Shown here in pieces: positions 1 to 15,400 of a DNA stretch of 64,000 nucleotides. The stretch is from Daphnia carinata (lineage: Eukaryota). Position numbers and translations under genes: made by a program. The notes under the pieces were generated by a model, which was not told the origin of the DNA, did no database searches, and saw only the letters and a list, made by a program, of their open reading frames with translations. How positions within the stretch are numbered: the first letter of the stretch is position 1; each line of letters opens with the position of its first letter. The stretch spans positions 4,712,001-4,776,000 of the forward strand of contig NC_081331.1 in assembly GCF_022539665.2 (NCBI RefSeq), in the 5' to 3' direction.

Positions 1-415
1 TGAACACGGGACCGTAGAATACAAAGCGAGGGTGATAACCATTGTGCCAGGACCGCACATCCCAACCAAATTTAGCTTTCAGTATCACCCATTTAAATAG
101 GCAGCTTATGTACATATTAAGTGAGCGAAGTATGGCGCTGTAGCATTGTTCGCGGCTGCCATGCCGATTTCACGGGTTCGAATCTTTGTTTTTATATTAT
201 TCATTATTATTATTTTATAATTTTTTTATTATTTTTATTATATTATATAATTATAAAAAATATAATTATATATTATATCTATTATAATTTTTATAATATT
301 ATTTTAAAATATAATATTTTATATTAATATTATAACTAATATTATATATTATTATATAATATATTATAATATTATTATAACCTATCCCCGGCCCTGGAAG
401 GGCCAAAGTTACTAG
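1..415 (+). mobile_element. Helitron-like non-autonomous element, 3' part (left end outside window), carrying a divergent pair of tRNA-like cassettes
   Basis: Positions 1-70 are homologous to 49284-49355. There is a minus-strand tRNA-like cassette at ~1-57, a plus-strand one at ~125-185, and an AT-rich tract at 186-380. These are followed by hairpin GGCCCT-GGA-AGGGCC (390-404), AAAGTTA, then CTAG (412-415) and T. This is the established Helitron 3' signature (hairpin + CTRR, inserted before T). Confidence 0.5.
186..380. repeat. AT-only low-complexity tract
   Basis: Almost entirely TAT/ATA/ATT iterations; produces the spurious 121..327 ORF. Confidence 0.9.
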
Positions 416-3400
416 TTTGAACTAGAATATCGCTTTCTGTAAAGGCTTTCCGCCGATCCATGAATTTTTTTTTAACATTTCCATGTCTTGGTTATTAACG
501 AATAGTGGTGGATTCGGCCACGAGATAGCGTTAAGACTTCTTTTGCTTCCAGATTCTTACACACGAAAACACCCGGAACTAGCGAACGCTAATTTGATTC
601 AATACCCTCAAATGCAATCCAATTAAGGAGGATTAAGGTTCAGTGACGGCGGAACAATCCCCTTCTATTACATATTAAACGTCAAAACAGGTCTGCGTTT
701 CAGTTTTGCAAGCGAAATGATTCAATTAACTCGCAATGCTGTGCATTAAGAAATTGCCTTTATCGTATCCATACATCATCATAGTAATAGCATGAGAAAA
801 TCCCCTGTCATTCCAAATAGAATCCAATCAAAACTGATGTTTGTTTTTCTTTCACTTTAATTTCGTAACAAAAATTAAAGTTGAAAAACCCACGAAAGTT
901 TTGATTACATGATAGTCAGCCAACCCTATTTTAGGGTAGTTTTATTTCGTCAGTGTCGTTGTTGAGTAGATGATATGTCAATAAATGTCGAGTGAGCGGG
1001 ATTGGAAAACCGGAAAGGCAACTACCGGCGCGCCCTATGTATGAAAAGTTCTGTGTGTCTGTGTGTTGATTTGTAATTGGATGGCGTGGGTTCTACATCA
1101 TCTACGGATACATCCGAAAGGTTCAATCAACACCACTTGCGTGATATATACAGTTTTGCTATTAGTTTTCTAGAGGCGCTGCTGCTGTTGCCACACTAAT
1201 GAAATCGGTTTGTCGTTTTTGCCATGAAAACGAGACTTTCCTTTTCTTCTGAGTTCCTAGGCTTGGATTGTTAATCATTCTGCCACTTTGCGCAATGTTA
1301 CGACCGAAGCTCATTGGCCAGTGTTTGCCTCTAGGGGTTGATTGAACGAATTAGAAACGAGTTGAGTGATCTTTGTAGAGGTCTTGCTCCAGCTGGCCGA
1401 ACATCTGTCACCCCGGACCTCATCTCATGAACTGCTCGTTAATCATCCACTCCGTGATTTTCCACCGGATCGATGGGTATGTGTCGCTGGGCCCAGCCGC
1501 CACCGCGCCCCGCCCGTGAAAAGGAGGAGAACCGGGCAACTTTATGGCCTATTATGATCGGATCCTTCGGAGCAAATTAACTCTGCTGCCGTGGCAGGCA
1601 AGGCTTAACGAGCGTGAGCACGGCCGTGTAACAACACTCTGTGTGTGCGCAACTCCAAGCAACTAATGAGATGGCGAGGTCGGCCAGAGAATTGTTATTG
1701 CGCGCTTCTCTCTCTTTGCCTGCGTGTGCGTGACGGGATAACTTTTTTGGCAGACGACGACGCAGAGCCATCTCTCGAGCGAAGCTTTCAACGGTTGAAA
1801 TCGATCCGGCGATGGAGTTGCGTGACGCGCAACGATGGATCGACTTCCGTTTCGTTTGAAAAACACGCACATGGATATAGCACCGTGTGTCGTACACGCT
1901 AGACAACCAATTATTATGCAACAGCAGGAGGAATAATCGCTTCGACTTGATCAAGTGGTTCTAGAAGGCCAACTTAATTTGATGTCGCATGAGTGATAAT
2001 TGATGCCCGTGCTCCCTCCATCTACCAATAGAGTTGATCTGATCTTGCAGTTTTTCTCTCTTCTTAGAGGTGGATCAAACTTGATCCACGTCAAAAGCGA
2101 CGCTGCTGCCGCTGCAGCCGCAGCAGCTCGTTATAATAATTCTCCCTTGCGCATCCGTAATTGGCTATCAACATTTCACGATGATGGCTCCCGTCCAGAA
2201 CGGAAGCCTTTCACCCTCAAGTCTCTCTGCTGCTCTCTTATACTATTTATAGAAAGTGCCCGTTTTCTTCACTTAACGAGTCGCTTCTCCTTTTGTCCCA
2301 TCTTAGATTTTAACAGGAATATATATGAGGCAAGACAGGCCAGTTTTTCTTCACTCGACGAAAAATGTCACACCTTTTCTTTCTTTCTTTCTTTCTTTTT
2401 TTTTTTTGAATTATTCTCTGGCAGTAACAACATGAATATCGTACGTGGAAAGAGAATTAGGAAATCGATATGTGAGCTATATAGTTAATAAAGTCCAGTT
2501 GAAAGTTGTTGTATGGCTTGCGTGATGATGAAACATTCATAAATCGGATGATGAAACGAGGCGACAGGAGATATGTGGGTGGTGAATGACGGTGGCAGGT
2601 AAAACCGAAAGGGAGGATACGGGGAAAAGAAGCCATTTACAAAAATACGACGTCAGGACGGCCAAGTTATCTATCTTCCCCGTTTATTCTATTTACGTAG
2701 CACTTGTACTTCCCCCCCTCCAAAGGAAATGGGTAGGAAAAAAACGACAAAACATTAATTTTTCGCCTGTGGCTGTAATTAAGAGTAAGATGTTTGATTT
2801 TCGATAGTATCACTGGTAAATTATATACAATCCTAAGTATAGACTGTAAATCGATAGCTTTCAAAGTTTGGTTATCGTGACTTTGGTTCTTCTATTGTTA
2901 ATGTGCATCTCTTTAGAAATGCACCGGTTACCATGGATGTTTTTTTTTTTTTTAGTTTCGAAATCACATTAAAAACTAATTTCAATTGCACTTCGTTTAA
3001 AATTGAAACATTTAACTAGCTTTATAGTTTGCTTTTACATTTTTATCTTTTCAAAACTAAGTCGAAAGCTCTCTTAAAAAACATGCAGATTTTTTGTTTT
3101 TGTTTTTCAAATTGCTTCCAAGATTTTTCTCTTATCTATTAAAAGAAAAAAAATCGGCCTTTTTTTTTTATAGTTTTTATTATTTAAAATTTTTCGTTAG
3201 TTGCAAGGCCTGAGAGTAGTTGGAGAAGTGCTCTGGATATTGTACACTCAACTTTCCTATTCCTTTTAATCCCGACCGAAAAACTTGAGTGCTTGCTGCT
3301 ATTTTGCTGTTGAAGTCAAAAGGAAATGGAAACTAAAAAAAAAAAAAAAAGAGGGAAATCAACTGACGCAAGTAAACATAAACGATGTGTGTTGGAATTT

Positions 3401-6400
3401 CTTTTGCCTCCCCTATTTTCTTTTTTTTTTCCACCATAATTCTGTATACTGCCATCTCGTGATGGATGATGCACAAAAAAAAAAAAAGATCGTAGCGACT
3501 ACTAGTAATCCGCCAATAGAGACGGATGTCACGCCAATCGGGTTGATGACGGTGCGAAATTCCATCCGACACAATCGGCCAGCAATGATTCATTGGTACC
3601 CTTCCACTCTCAGTCATCCTTATCGATCCCCCTCCCCCTTCTTTCCCATGATTGGGACGCGTACAATAGACACCGCTTTCGTACATCCGGATATGTGGGA
3701 AACCGTTATTTTTCAAATCCAATCTAGACCAGTCTCTACAGTGAATCATCTTCTTTTCACAATTTCTATAGCCTAATAAAGAGCGTATGAACTTTTCCCA
3801 ACAAAATAATAAAAAAAAAAAATCAGCATTTTAAACGAATTGATGAGGAGCACTACTAACTATCGTGTATCCACTATTCCAATTGTATTTAGCCCCCCCC
3901 CCCCCCCTCTCCTTCCGAAAAGGTCCTCTTTAACAAGGGGGACGAGATAAGGGTAGCCCTCTGGTTCGTTCTATGTGTACATGTGTGTATAGCTGAACAT
4001 TGCACAGGATTTGGTAATTGGACTCGTGCGGGCTCCTCTTAATGAAGTCCCGGGCCGCGGCCGCCGCTCTCACTACGACGACCAAAAAGCTGGAGCTTGT
4101 TAAGAGACCAAGGGAGTTGGGTGGGACTCATCTCCTTCTCTCATCATCACTGTTTAGAAAAGACGGGCTATATAGATGCTCGTGTGTGCCAAAAACTCGT
4201 CCAGCAGAATATAGCTTATACAATCAGCTAGGACTCTTGCCCTCCCACTTTCTCTCTCTCGCTCAACGTTAGAAAGTACAGTATGTACATATCTTTACCT
4301 CCTCCCCAATTACCCAACCTTCCACCGTTACTAACTTTGCCCCCTCCTCCCTCCACCAAACTTTTTAATGAAGCTCATTTCCTCTTTCTCTCTTGTCTCT
4401 TTTCCTCCGTTTCTTGTGGTACGCACGTCCCTTGCATCCCGCACGGGAAAAAAAAAACATTTTTATTTTAAACCCACTCCGGTTCCACCGCAAAACTATT
4501 ATACGTACCCCCCATATACTGTATGCGCTTAATCAAATGCATGTGTGGTGTCATGTTGCCCATTCCATCATGTACAGGGATGGTTACAGTAATTAAACAA
4601 AAAGAAAATGGAGAGACATGGAAAAAAACAAACAATTTCATGAAAAATGGCTGACCCAGCTTAGAACTATCCTTGAAAGAAGATGGAAAAGTATGTAATC
4701 ATCAAAAGCAAAAATCTAATCATCGTCTAAATAAGGTGGCCAGCAGTTGAGTATTTTTTTTTTTTTTTTTTGCGGAAGAGAACCGGGATAGTTATATAGC
4801 AGACAGAATAAGGACGCAATGCAATCAATACTGCTAATTAGATCTTTGAGTCGCCGCCCTTTTTTTTTTTTTTCCTTTTGCCCGTCTCTCTCTCTCTCTC
4901 TCTCTCTCTATTCTCAGATATAATTGCCTCAGCACGATCTCTCCCAAACCCATTCTACAGTACTTTCACCCGTTAATGATAACTATATATACGTGCTAGC
5001 TGCGATGTATGTGGGTGTGTGTGTAGTTTGTGCGCAATTCCCTTTTTTTTTCTTCTTCTTCTTCAACTACTTTCTGTCTTGTACACGTAGACAAGCTCTC
5101 TCTCTCCTATATCTGACGTGCTATTTAGTAGTTAGTGTGTATACAGTATAAAGCCTATCTTAAAAAAAAAAAAAAAGAAAGTTTAGAAGGGTCTAGACTT
5201 CTTTTTTTTTTCGGTGGGGGTAGTTAATTTGTCATTGATCGCGTTACGATGCATTTCAGGTTAAACTTTGTTTTGTTTTTTTCTCTTTTTGTTTTTTTTT
5301 TACTTCTAGGAGATCCACCGTACTGCTTGCCCCTTTTAATAAGTAAACGGGGTGAATGTTTACACGACCTCTTGGGTAACACAGCATCTCTTGGGAGTGA
5401 CAGGTTAACCTAATCCGACAAGAAAAAGAGGACGATGACAACGACGGCAAAGGTTTCCCCCCTTTAGACATTCAACGGATAATCTTATTTGATGTACAGC
5501 ACACATACAACGCTCAAAGGAATATTATCATGTACATGTCGGAATTTAACATCATGGGGCTTGTATTTATGCATTAAAAGTTTTTATTCTTTTTCTTTCT
5601 TTCTTTTTTTTTTATCGAAATTCTTTAGTTATGGACGTGAGCAAGAGAAAATGGCGGATTTATGGCACTGATGGCGCGCACCGGGATCGATTTAATAACC
5701 GGGATTACAATGCTTGAACACAGCGCATAATACATATAAGTCTATCTATTAGACGGCACTAGTACACGGGAATTTCAAATACATAACACTTGCACGTCCA
5801 TTTAGGTACGTGAGAAGAAAAAAACGAGAGGTATAAAAACTCATTATTTTTACATAACGCATCTTTTCTTTTCTGTTCTTTTACTGTGAAAAAAAAAAAA
5901 ATGTTGACACGCTCCGTCTGCCATCGTATTATACCTGCAAAATGATTGGTGAAAAAGAAATAAGGGAAGTTATCAATCAACCTGGAATGTCTCTTTCTTT
6001 TTTTAATCGTAAAAAACTAGGCCAAAGTTTAATTGACTGTCTTGTATTTTGACGTCATTTCGTTCCGGCCTATTCGTTTAACTCTTGAGTATGTTTGTTT
6101 TTTTCCAGACACACAAAAATTCGTGCAATACTATGCAAATTTACACCATTTTTTTTTTTTTTTTTTTTTTATTTTTTTTTTTTCATAGGTTGTGTTGATG
6201 AATCACGTACACGTTACATCGGCTGTTTTCCGTACTCTGAAAAAAACAAAAACAAAAATAACAGGCAACGTAATAATAAATAATAACGTATCCGTCTTCA
6301 TGGACTCGCAATCAAAAAATCGCCCGCCAAGTTTTATAATTGCCTGTCGACCGTCTGCGGGTGTGGAAACTTTTGACACGGTCTCGCCAGTGTTGATTGC

Positions 6401-9400
6401 ACGGTATTTCATCTTATCTTTTTTGTTTTGTTTTGGCTTTTGATTTGTTTTGTTTTGTTTTTTTTCTCTTTTTTTCGTCTGCTACACATGACTGAAATTC
6501 CTATGCAACATTTCAACAAAAATTTTGAGATTCCCTATTTTAAATGTTTCTTGTCGTTTGACAAGATATATATATATTTTTTTTTTTTTTTTTTTTGGCC
6601 GTAATGAGTCGATAACATCCAAATGGCCAAAATGTGTGGTGGCGGCGCGATGATCGCCCAGCGATCCTCTTCTTCTTCGGTTGTGGGGTATTTTCCCTTA
6701 CATTCATTCATTCGGTGATTCTCTTTTGCCTTCACATTCATCCACAAAGCTTATGGCCTCTCCCTTTTTTTTTTCTTTCTCTTTTTTTTTTTTTTTTTTT
6801 TTTTCTCCTTACTTGTTTTACTGGTGGAAAGGGGGGGAAGGTGGCTGTTGCGCTGTCTGTGTGTGTTGCCCCTCACACACTCACACACACGTATAAAAGA
6901 GGAGGAAGGGGAGGGAACCGGTCCGCCAGCTGTGTGAGAGAGAAAGAAAAGGAGAGGGGGAGAAGAATAAGATGAAGAATGAATAGAAAGAGAAAATCGG
7001 ATGAAACAAGGTGGGACGATGGAGGATGAAAGAGAAGAAAAGAGGGAAGCGGCAGCGGGTGGGATGCGCAGCCGCCGGCAAAAATATCATCACCCGTCGA
7101 CGGTACGTTCAGAGTTTGGGACATATTCAAAAACGTTAGACACACTCGCGTTGAATCTCACAGAAATCGACTTGAATATCCAACTGTCCTAACTATGAAA
7201 GAATAAAATATTAGGAACTATTTAAACCTTAAGTCGATCGCTAAACATTCATAGTAATAGAAACAAAGGCTTCAAACATAAGATTCGAGGCGAAAGCTCA
7301 GCCAGCAGAGTATCCATGGTGATTTGTCCGCCAGAGTGCAGCACATTGGCGCTATCCCCACGGCCCAAAACCGTTCAGGTTCTCTCTTCCCAAATATTCT
7401 GTCGTCAGTGTCGCCTCGCATCACGGGCTCACCAGGTGGCGGCTGGCCTAACGCTCTCGATCGTTGTTGTTTCAACCTTTTTTTTTTTGTTTTTTGGATT
7501 TGGTACTTTCACAAGGAACGTACAAGTTGAACACAACGTGAACGCAAAGAAGTGAAACAAACCGAAAAACAAAAAGCAAGACACAAGAAACCGACATCAC
7601 AAACGACCATCTTGTTTGCAAGAGTTTTTACTCTCGTGTCTGTGTGTGCATTGACGTGAATTTGCATCGAAATTGTCTTGGATGTAATTGTCCGGTTTCA
7701 TTTCGTTCTCAAAAGTGATACATCACAAATTCGAAACGTGATCTGTAACCCGAGACTCGTAATCAATTTAATCCTGCCTTTTGTTGAAAATCAAAAAAAC
7801 GAGTGCATAGCGAAACAGACTCTGTCTGTTATTGACACGCTGTTGTTTTGTCCTAACGGATTACGTATGTTAATTGTACGTACATTTTGTGATTATGAAA
7901 AGCATGTGTTGATTACCAGGTGAACCCCACAAAGTGAGCGTCAACCATGTCCAAAACTAGAGATTGATTTGCACACTCATCGGTTTCGACTAACTCGAAT
8001 AATTTAACAAAAGAACAAAGGGCAACACGAAAAAGCAAAAAAATTTGGCGGGTAATTTTTCAACTATTTGCTTACCCTTCCCCCTTGGAATGATCACACC
8101 AGCCGAAAAGTGTCGTATGTAAGTTGTGTATACATGCGAAACGGTTAGAGATAGACGGCGGCGTTGCCAAGTGTCTCGCATTAGCCAACAATTCGTGGCG
8201 TGTGTGCTGTGCTGCGTGTGTGTGTGTGTGTGTGTATCGAGTGTTGAGTGTGTGTGTGTGTGTGTGACACTGAAAGGAAAAGAAAACAACAACAGCATCG
8301 TTTGTGCTTCAACACGTGGTGAGTCTCTAACAAAATTTCTTTTTCATCGAAAATTTTGATCACCTTGTAAATGGTATTCGGTGTGACCTCAAGAACGAGA
8401 GAAAAGATTTAAAAAGAATAATAATAATTTCACTTTTGTAAATGAGACGCCGCCTTTTTAATATGCGGTCAAATTTCGATCGTGTGCAGTTCCGGGTTTT
8501 ATCTTTCAGTGTTGTGTGCGTGCGTTAAAAAAAAAAGACTTGAAATTCTGCCTGCCGGTTATTGTTGAAAGGCAATCTAACGAGCGAATGTGATTGGATT
8601 ACTTAACAGATAGAAAACCCTTTTTCTTTATATTTTGCATATATATATATATATATAAATAGCATGCGATTCGTGTATCTCTGTGTGTGTAGGCGGACTT
8701 TAAAAGGATAGCCGATTCATCATCGAGTAGGTGGAATCGCTCCATTACGACAAGCTCTTGAATTTCAGAGTTTGGAACGGCCGATTAAGTGTGGTCTGTC
8801 GACGGTCGTTTAATTATTACGCACCACGTTTGTTTGTGTGCACGAGGCCAGCATCACCGCACGCGGCCAAACACAAGACATCCATCAAGGTGATGGACTC
8901 TTTGGCCGTCCAAACAACCTTCCATACCTCCCTCTTTTTTTTTTCGTGTGGAATCACAGTGGCCATCTTGGAGAAGGTCCTTTTCGTTCAGGTGGGAGAA
9001 GGGGGGGGGGATTTTCTTTTTTCGGTATGTTTCGTACCTTGAGGCGAGATTGTCCAGCAAACTGGGGAAAGGTGGGAATAAAGAAGAACTTTTTTTTTTA
9101 TTTTTGAAGCCCTCCCTCCCTTTTTTTTGAAGTTTTCTTTAACGAAACAAAACGCAGCAGGGAATCTTCTATGCACAGAGAGAGAGAGAGAGGAGGAGTA
9201 ATGTTTTCAAAACGCCCGCGCTGTGGCTGTTGAGGGCTTGACCTCTTTCTTCTTCTTCTGCTAGAGGAATTAAAAAAGAAAAAAAAGTCATAAAAAAAAA
9301 GAGGTTTTTCTACCGCCGACCTTCTTTTTTCTTTTTACTCTTTATTAGATTTACTTCATGTCAATTCGAGAGAATTTGAAAAAAAAAAATGGCGCACAAA

Positions 9401-12400
9401 CAAACGATGCCGAAGATTCCGAAATGCCTTTTCGCCAACTTTGGTGAAATAACTTGGAAAAAAAAAAAAACAACGTCCGTCGTGAGTTTGGTGTGTGTGG
9501 TGGCGCATATTTTATGTCGGAATGAAAAGAAAAAAAAAAGAAATAGATAATCGTGTTAAACGGACAACTTTCCCATGTCCCAAACATTGGGCCATTTTCT
9601 TCTTGTTTTCCAAGGGGCCGGTGGTAAAGGTTTTTTTCTTTCGTTTTTTCCCCCTTACTAACTATTTTGAAACCCCCCCTTCTTCTTCATTGTGTGTGTG
9701 TCCCCTAAAGTATAGGAAAACATTCCTCGAGCAACCTGAACCCCCCCCCTCGATCTCAGGTTCCTCCCTCTTCAAGTTTCGTTCTTTTCTATTCCCAACT
9801 TTTTTGTGTTTGCGCTTCAGAAGAACCCCTCCTCTATCCCACTGTTTCTTCTCATCAAACATCGTGTCCCCCCCCCTCTCTTCTTATTTTTTTTTTTAAA
9901 TAGATATTTTCTAATTCCATCAAGTATGAAAGAATCATTTTTTTTGGGGGGGGGGTTGAAAGTTCATTGAACGGGCGGAATCAGTTGAAACAGGTAAATC
10001 AATCAGCGATGGAAGAAAGTAACACATACTCAATTCATCAAGGTGATCAAAGCTGATGGATTGTGGGTCGGCCAACAAGTCAGCAAAAGTCGAATTTCAT
10101 CAAGACGGATGAGTGTGTGTATGTCTGTGTGACTTGAACGTCGGGAAGAGTCAAGTGCCAAAGGCTTTCTTTTTTAAATATCTGGATGAAGGGGAGAGAG
10201 AAGAGAGAGAAAAGGGGGAGAACAAAAAAATAATAAATATATATGTCTATATCTCGTGTTACTTGAGCAGGGGGGCAGATGGTGGCGTCTTGAGGTCTGG
10301 TGCAGTTTACCATGACGGGGGAGGGAGAGAACTGGCGGTCCGTTTTTATGTGGAAATTCCCGACACACACACACACACACAATGAACTTTCTTTCTTCTT
10401 CTTCTTCTCCCCCCCCTCCGCTGTCTACGTCATCGTTATAAAGAATAAATAAATAAATAAAAACGAACAAGTTGGTTAAGACCAAAATATGGCCTCGAGG
10501 GTTCAATGTCGTTCACTGCCACCTTTACCTTCCCAGACTGATTGAAATCTTCCACGACGATTGCGATTTTTTTTGGTGTGTGTTTGTGTTATATCTCGAG
10601 TTGAAGTGTTGAATTCACACGTTGGGGGAGCTGCTGATTGAAACGTTGACCCGTTTGAAGAACATTTTTTTTTTTCTTTCTTCACAGGTGTCATTTTTGT
10701 TGTTGTTTTGATCTGAATGCGTTGGGGGAAGATTAGGCACAGAGTTGCCGTTACTTGCACGCGAATACCAAGACCCCCCCCCCCCCCCCTTTTTTTTTAA
10801 ATCTAAAAAAGAAGAATTTTTTTTTTTTTTTTTTGAGTTAACTACTTAAAAAAAAGTTCAAGGTGTGTAATTTCACCGGGGCTCGCAGGTGTATGTTTAG
10901 CTTCATTTCATTAATTTTTTTTTTACGCTATCGCGTTGAACGTACGTGCTTGGGATTTAAAAAGGGGGGGGGGGAGGTTTAGACTTTATGATGATGATTA
11001 CACCTGAGTATTGTTATTCTTCTTCTTGTAAACTTCGTTTTTTTTTTTTTTAAGGTTTCGGTATTATTTAGTGATGTTTTTTTCTCTTTAATTTCAAGGT
11101 CGTTACCTGCCAGCTCGGGAAACATTCTTCACTCTTTTTTTTGTTTATTCCATCCTCCTCGTTTTTTTTTTTTTTTTTTTTGAATTCGAAATATTTTTCA
11201 GACGTTCAATTAAAAGATGCCAAATAGTTCTTTATTTGTTTTCCTCTTCCTGTCTGGTTTGTTTTCGTCTGCTCTTGTGTCCGTGAGCTCGGAACGAATT
11301 GACCATTTTTGTCGCCACTCGTTTCGCAATGTCTTTAGAAGAGAACTAGAAATTCAAGTTGATTGGCTTTTCTTATCTGAAAAAAAAAAAAGAAATCATT
11401 TTTCAAATGCGTTCAAACTGTTGCCACTTCTTAACGATCCGCATTTTAAGTTGTTTGACTTGATGGCATCGTCTTTTAAACGTCACCCTTCTAAAAAAAA
11501 ATTGATTTGTCCGGTTCTTTTTCTGCGTAACTACCCAACGATTGATCAAACAATCATCCAACTGCGTGACTGATTTAGAATATATATATATATATGTTGA
11601 ATCTCGTTGGAAAGAAAACACGAAAGAGATTGAGAAAAGTAAATAGTTAGGGGGAGGGGTATGAAGAAGGCAAAAGAACAGAACGTGAGTGACAGAACCT
11701 CTTTGTGAGTAATATTTAAAAACAAAAAATGTAAAGAGGAAGAGCATTAAACAGTCGTTGTTCATCTAATCAGGAGGAGCACTGAGCCCCGGCATCGCAC
11801 ACACATACAGCACTTAAAAGCCTTTTGTAAAAAAAAAAAAAAAAATGAAGAAAAAAAAGGGGGGGGGGGTGATGGGTTCTCTCTCGGCAGCTAAGAGCGT
11901 TGTGTTGTTTACCTCCATTAGCAGACAGCTAGTGGCTCGCAGGTTTTGCTCTCACTGACATCCTTTTCCCCACATTACATACATCTCTCTTTGCCTCCCC
12001 CCCGTTTTTTTTTTTTTGTTTCCTGGAGTAGGAGGGGGGAGTGTCTGTTGACTTATTTGCTTTTGGGGGGGGGCAGCTCTCACGAAAGAAGGAACAAAAA
12101 AAATATATATAAGTTGTTCACATTATAGCTGTGTGCCATATTTGTCGTGTCAATATTATTAGACCTAAAGGTTCTGTGAGTAAAGGGCTGTGTTAGCAAA
12201 TCCCCGTTCCGAGAGGCCTTTTTTTTTTTCTTGTTTAAACGAGAAACCATCTGTTAACTATTAAATGTCGTTAATGTATTGGGAGGGGGGGAAAAAAAAT
12301 TTTTTTTTGTTTTCTTTAAGAAAATGAAGTCCTCTTCCTGTGACCACCGATTCCCTTCCCCGCCTTCCGGCTTAGCGTGTGTACGGATGTGGGCTTGTTT

Positions 12401-15400
12401 GTCGAGTGTATTGGGCGCTCAATCGCGCTCAAAAATAATCACTTTTTTTTTTTATTACCTTATTATTTTTTTTAAAGGTTGATATGAAAAAAGAAAAACG
12501 GGATTTAAATATGATTGAATTATTCGACTTTTTTTTCTTCAGAGTCTATAAAAATGAGGGAGGAGAAGGGCAAACGTGTTGGTTTTTTACTGCAGGATGT
12601 GTGAACACAAGTGAAGGAGAACCGCCTCCTTTTTTCGTTTGTTTGTTTTGTAAAAAAAAATTTTTTTTATTGTGGTAAGGAGATGACGTCATCCATCACA
12701 TGTCGTTTTTTTTAAGGAGTTATTCATTCACGTTGTTGTTGTTGTTGTATGGGGTGAAGGTGTGTCTACGGGTGTGCGCGCACACACACACACACGGTTT
12801 TCATTTCCTTCCTCGTCTACTCCTCCCTTCTTACACCAATTTTTTTTTCTGTGGATAAAAAAAAAACGAAGGAACATAAAAAAAAAAAAAAAAGAAAGAA
12901 AATGAGCGGCTTCGATTTGGTTGGTTCCTTTTCGGATTATTACGACGTCGTATCCGGTCACCGGAAATGACTGTTGAACGACTTTTGTTTTTTTATTGCG
13001 TGTGTGAAACTTCTCTCAATTTATTTATTTTTTTTTTTAACTATGGTTTTTTTTTTTTTTTTTTTTATATTTTGCCGACAAAGTCGAAACTCTATTAACT
13101 TGCACACTGACGCCGCCTTTTACCCAGAAAAGAATCTCCCAATTTTATTTTTATTTAGCAATTTCTTTTCATTTTTGGTTTTGAATTTAAAAGGGGCCCA
13201 TCCGGTGACCAGGTGTGTCTCCCACCTGGACATTTTTTTTTTTTTTTTTTTTTTGTAAAACGTTAATAATAAAGAAAAGAATTGATCCCCCCCCCCCCCC
13301 AAAAAAAAAAAAAAAAAGAATAGGGTGGGTATGCCTCTGCTATTGGAATGTGTCAATGGCTAGCTGAATGTTTCTAACTGCGCATTTTGATAAAGAATTT
13401 GCGTGTCCCCTATACAATTGTAGTACAATAAAGATCTCGTATGCCAACGCGGGATAGAGATTTCGGGTTGGCTTTGAATGAATTTAATTTCTTTCTTGAT
13501 AATTTCTTTCGGCCCCCTATTCCGTGTTAAGAATGGAAAGCCGTTTTGAATTCATTTTGTTTTGTTTGAAAAGGCGCTAAAATACAGGACGAAATCTCAT
13601 CAAGTCGAGATGAATTCGATCCGCCCCGACTGGCGCGCCATTTTACATTCCGGGTGTATATATATATAAATTTTTTTTTTCTTTTTCGTATGTTGTTTCC
13701 TACACAAAAGAGAGATTCGTAGAGATTTTGGGATCTCCCCCTTTTTTTTTCTCCATATTCATTAGTGGCAAGGGCGGACTAATTAAACGGGGCTCGTCCC
13801 ATCACGCGCCTCATTTCACTTCTTCTTTACCCCCACTCGGCGTTTCTTTTTTTTTTTTTTTTTTTTTTTCTCTTAACGTGTACACACACACACACGGAGA
13901 GACGGGACTAACCTGGAGGCCAATCGCATTGATTCAAGAAGAAGAAATTAACGATCCTTCCGAAAGTGGAAGAGAAAAGAAAGACAAAATAAAAAGAAAG
14001 AAGAAGAGAAAAAAAAAAAAAAAAAACGAGGTTCTTTCCTTAATTGGCAATTTTACACCACCAATGGCGCGCGGCTGGCCTTCCCCAGTCAAGAGGCCGG
14101 TCCCGGGGCCCCCTTTGCGCCCTTCTCTGAGATCATAAATCCTCACTACGTGCACCAAAACAGAAATTTTCTTCTTCTTCTTCTTCTTCTTCTTCCCATC
14201 TTTCTTTCTTACCAATTAAAATTCAATCTCATTTTGATTCCCTATTATTTAACACACAAGCACAAAAAAAAAAAAAAATATGTATTCACACCAAACATTC
14301 AAACTCTGCGTAGCAAAAAAAAATGTAGGACTTTTTGGGGGGAAGTATGTCGACGTTGATTTGCATTCGAAGCGTGTTGGCTCGTTAATCAAGCAAACGA
14401 TTTGTGGCTGGAAATAAAGTAAAAGAAAAGAGGTTTTCCTTTTTCTTTTTTTTTTTTTTTTTTAAGGACTCGTTTGCTGACGATTGGACTGGCGAATAAG
14501 CGCGTCATCCAATGAGCTCGTTAGCTCATTGTGAAATATGCATGGAATGAAGTTTTGCCCTGAAGGCGCACAACTCCAAAACGCGTCTGATCTTTTTAAA
14601 TGAAACGTGGCTGCTGCTGTTGCCTTTCACGTCATCAGTCAATTCTTTCGAAGGCCACAAAAAAAAAAAAAAAAATTGAACAGCTGACCACTTGATGATG
14701 CCGATGGTCATCAAGTCTGGAACGTTTTCAGGAGGGGGGTTCGTTCATGTTTTTCTTTTTGAGAAACACAAAAAAAAAAAAAGGGCGTTTGATTGGGGTC
14801 TTATCAGATTCTCAATAACTAAGAATAAGAAAACTCTCTTCGCCGCTATTGACTGACAGTTGGATAATCGAGATTTACAAAGGGGACAAGCTTGTTAAAG
14901 GCTGGGCATTTTCGGGCGTGAACGCCGAACCGATCGATTTTTTTTTATAAAGAACAACTTCTTCTTTTTCTGATTTCCAACCGTCCGTGACTAGACCATC
15001 ATTTTTCTTTTTTTTTTTTTTTTTTTCCTGGGGTCCCACAACTTATTGATGATGATGGGGGGGGGGCTCGGGGTCCGTCGACCTGTCCGCGCATACAATC
15101 GACCAATCGGCGTCTCTTTTTTTTTTTTTTTCTTCACCCCTGCGGGCACCGCACACTTTGGCGTTCACTATCCCGTTAGAAGCTCGGCAACTTCCGACCC
15201 CATGGTAACAAGCTGATGCTCCTTGTTGATGCCTTTTTTTTTTAAATTATTATTCTAGGCCGATCGAATGTCCACACTCTTTATCCACCCCTCCCTCTTC
15301 GTCGTTTTACCTTAATTGGCTTATTATGTTTGGGGGGAAAAAAAAAAAACAAAGAAAAATATCGGAGAAAAATGTTTTAATTCATTTGATGCGATAGAAT

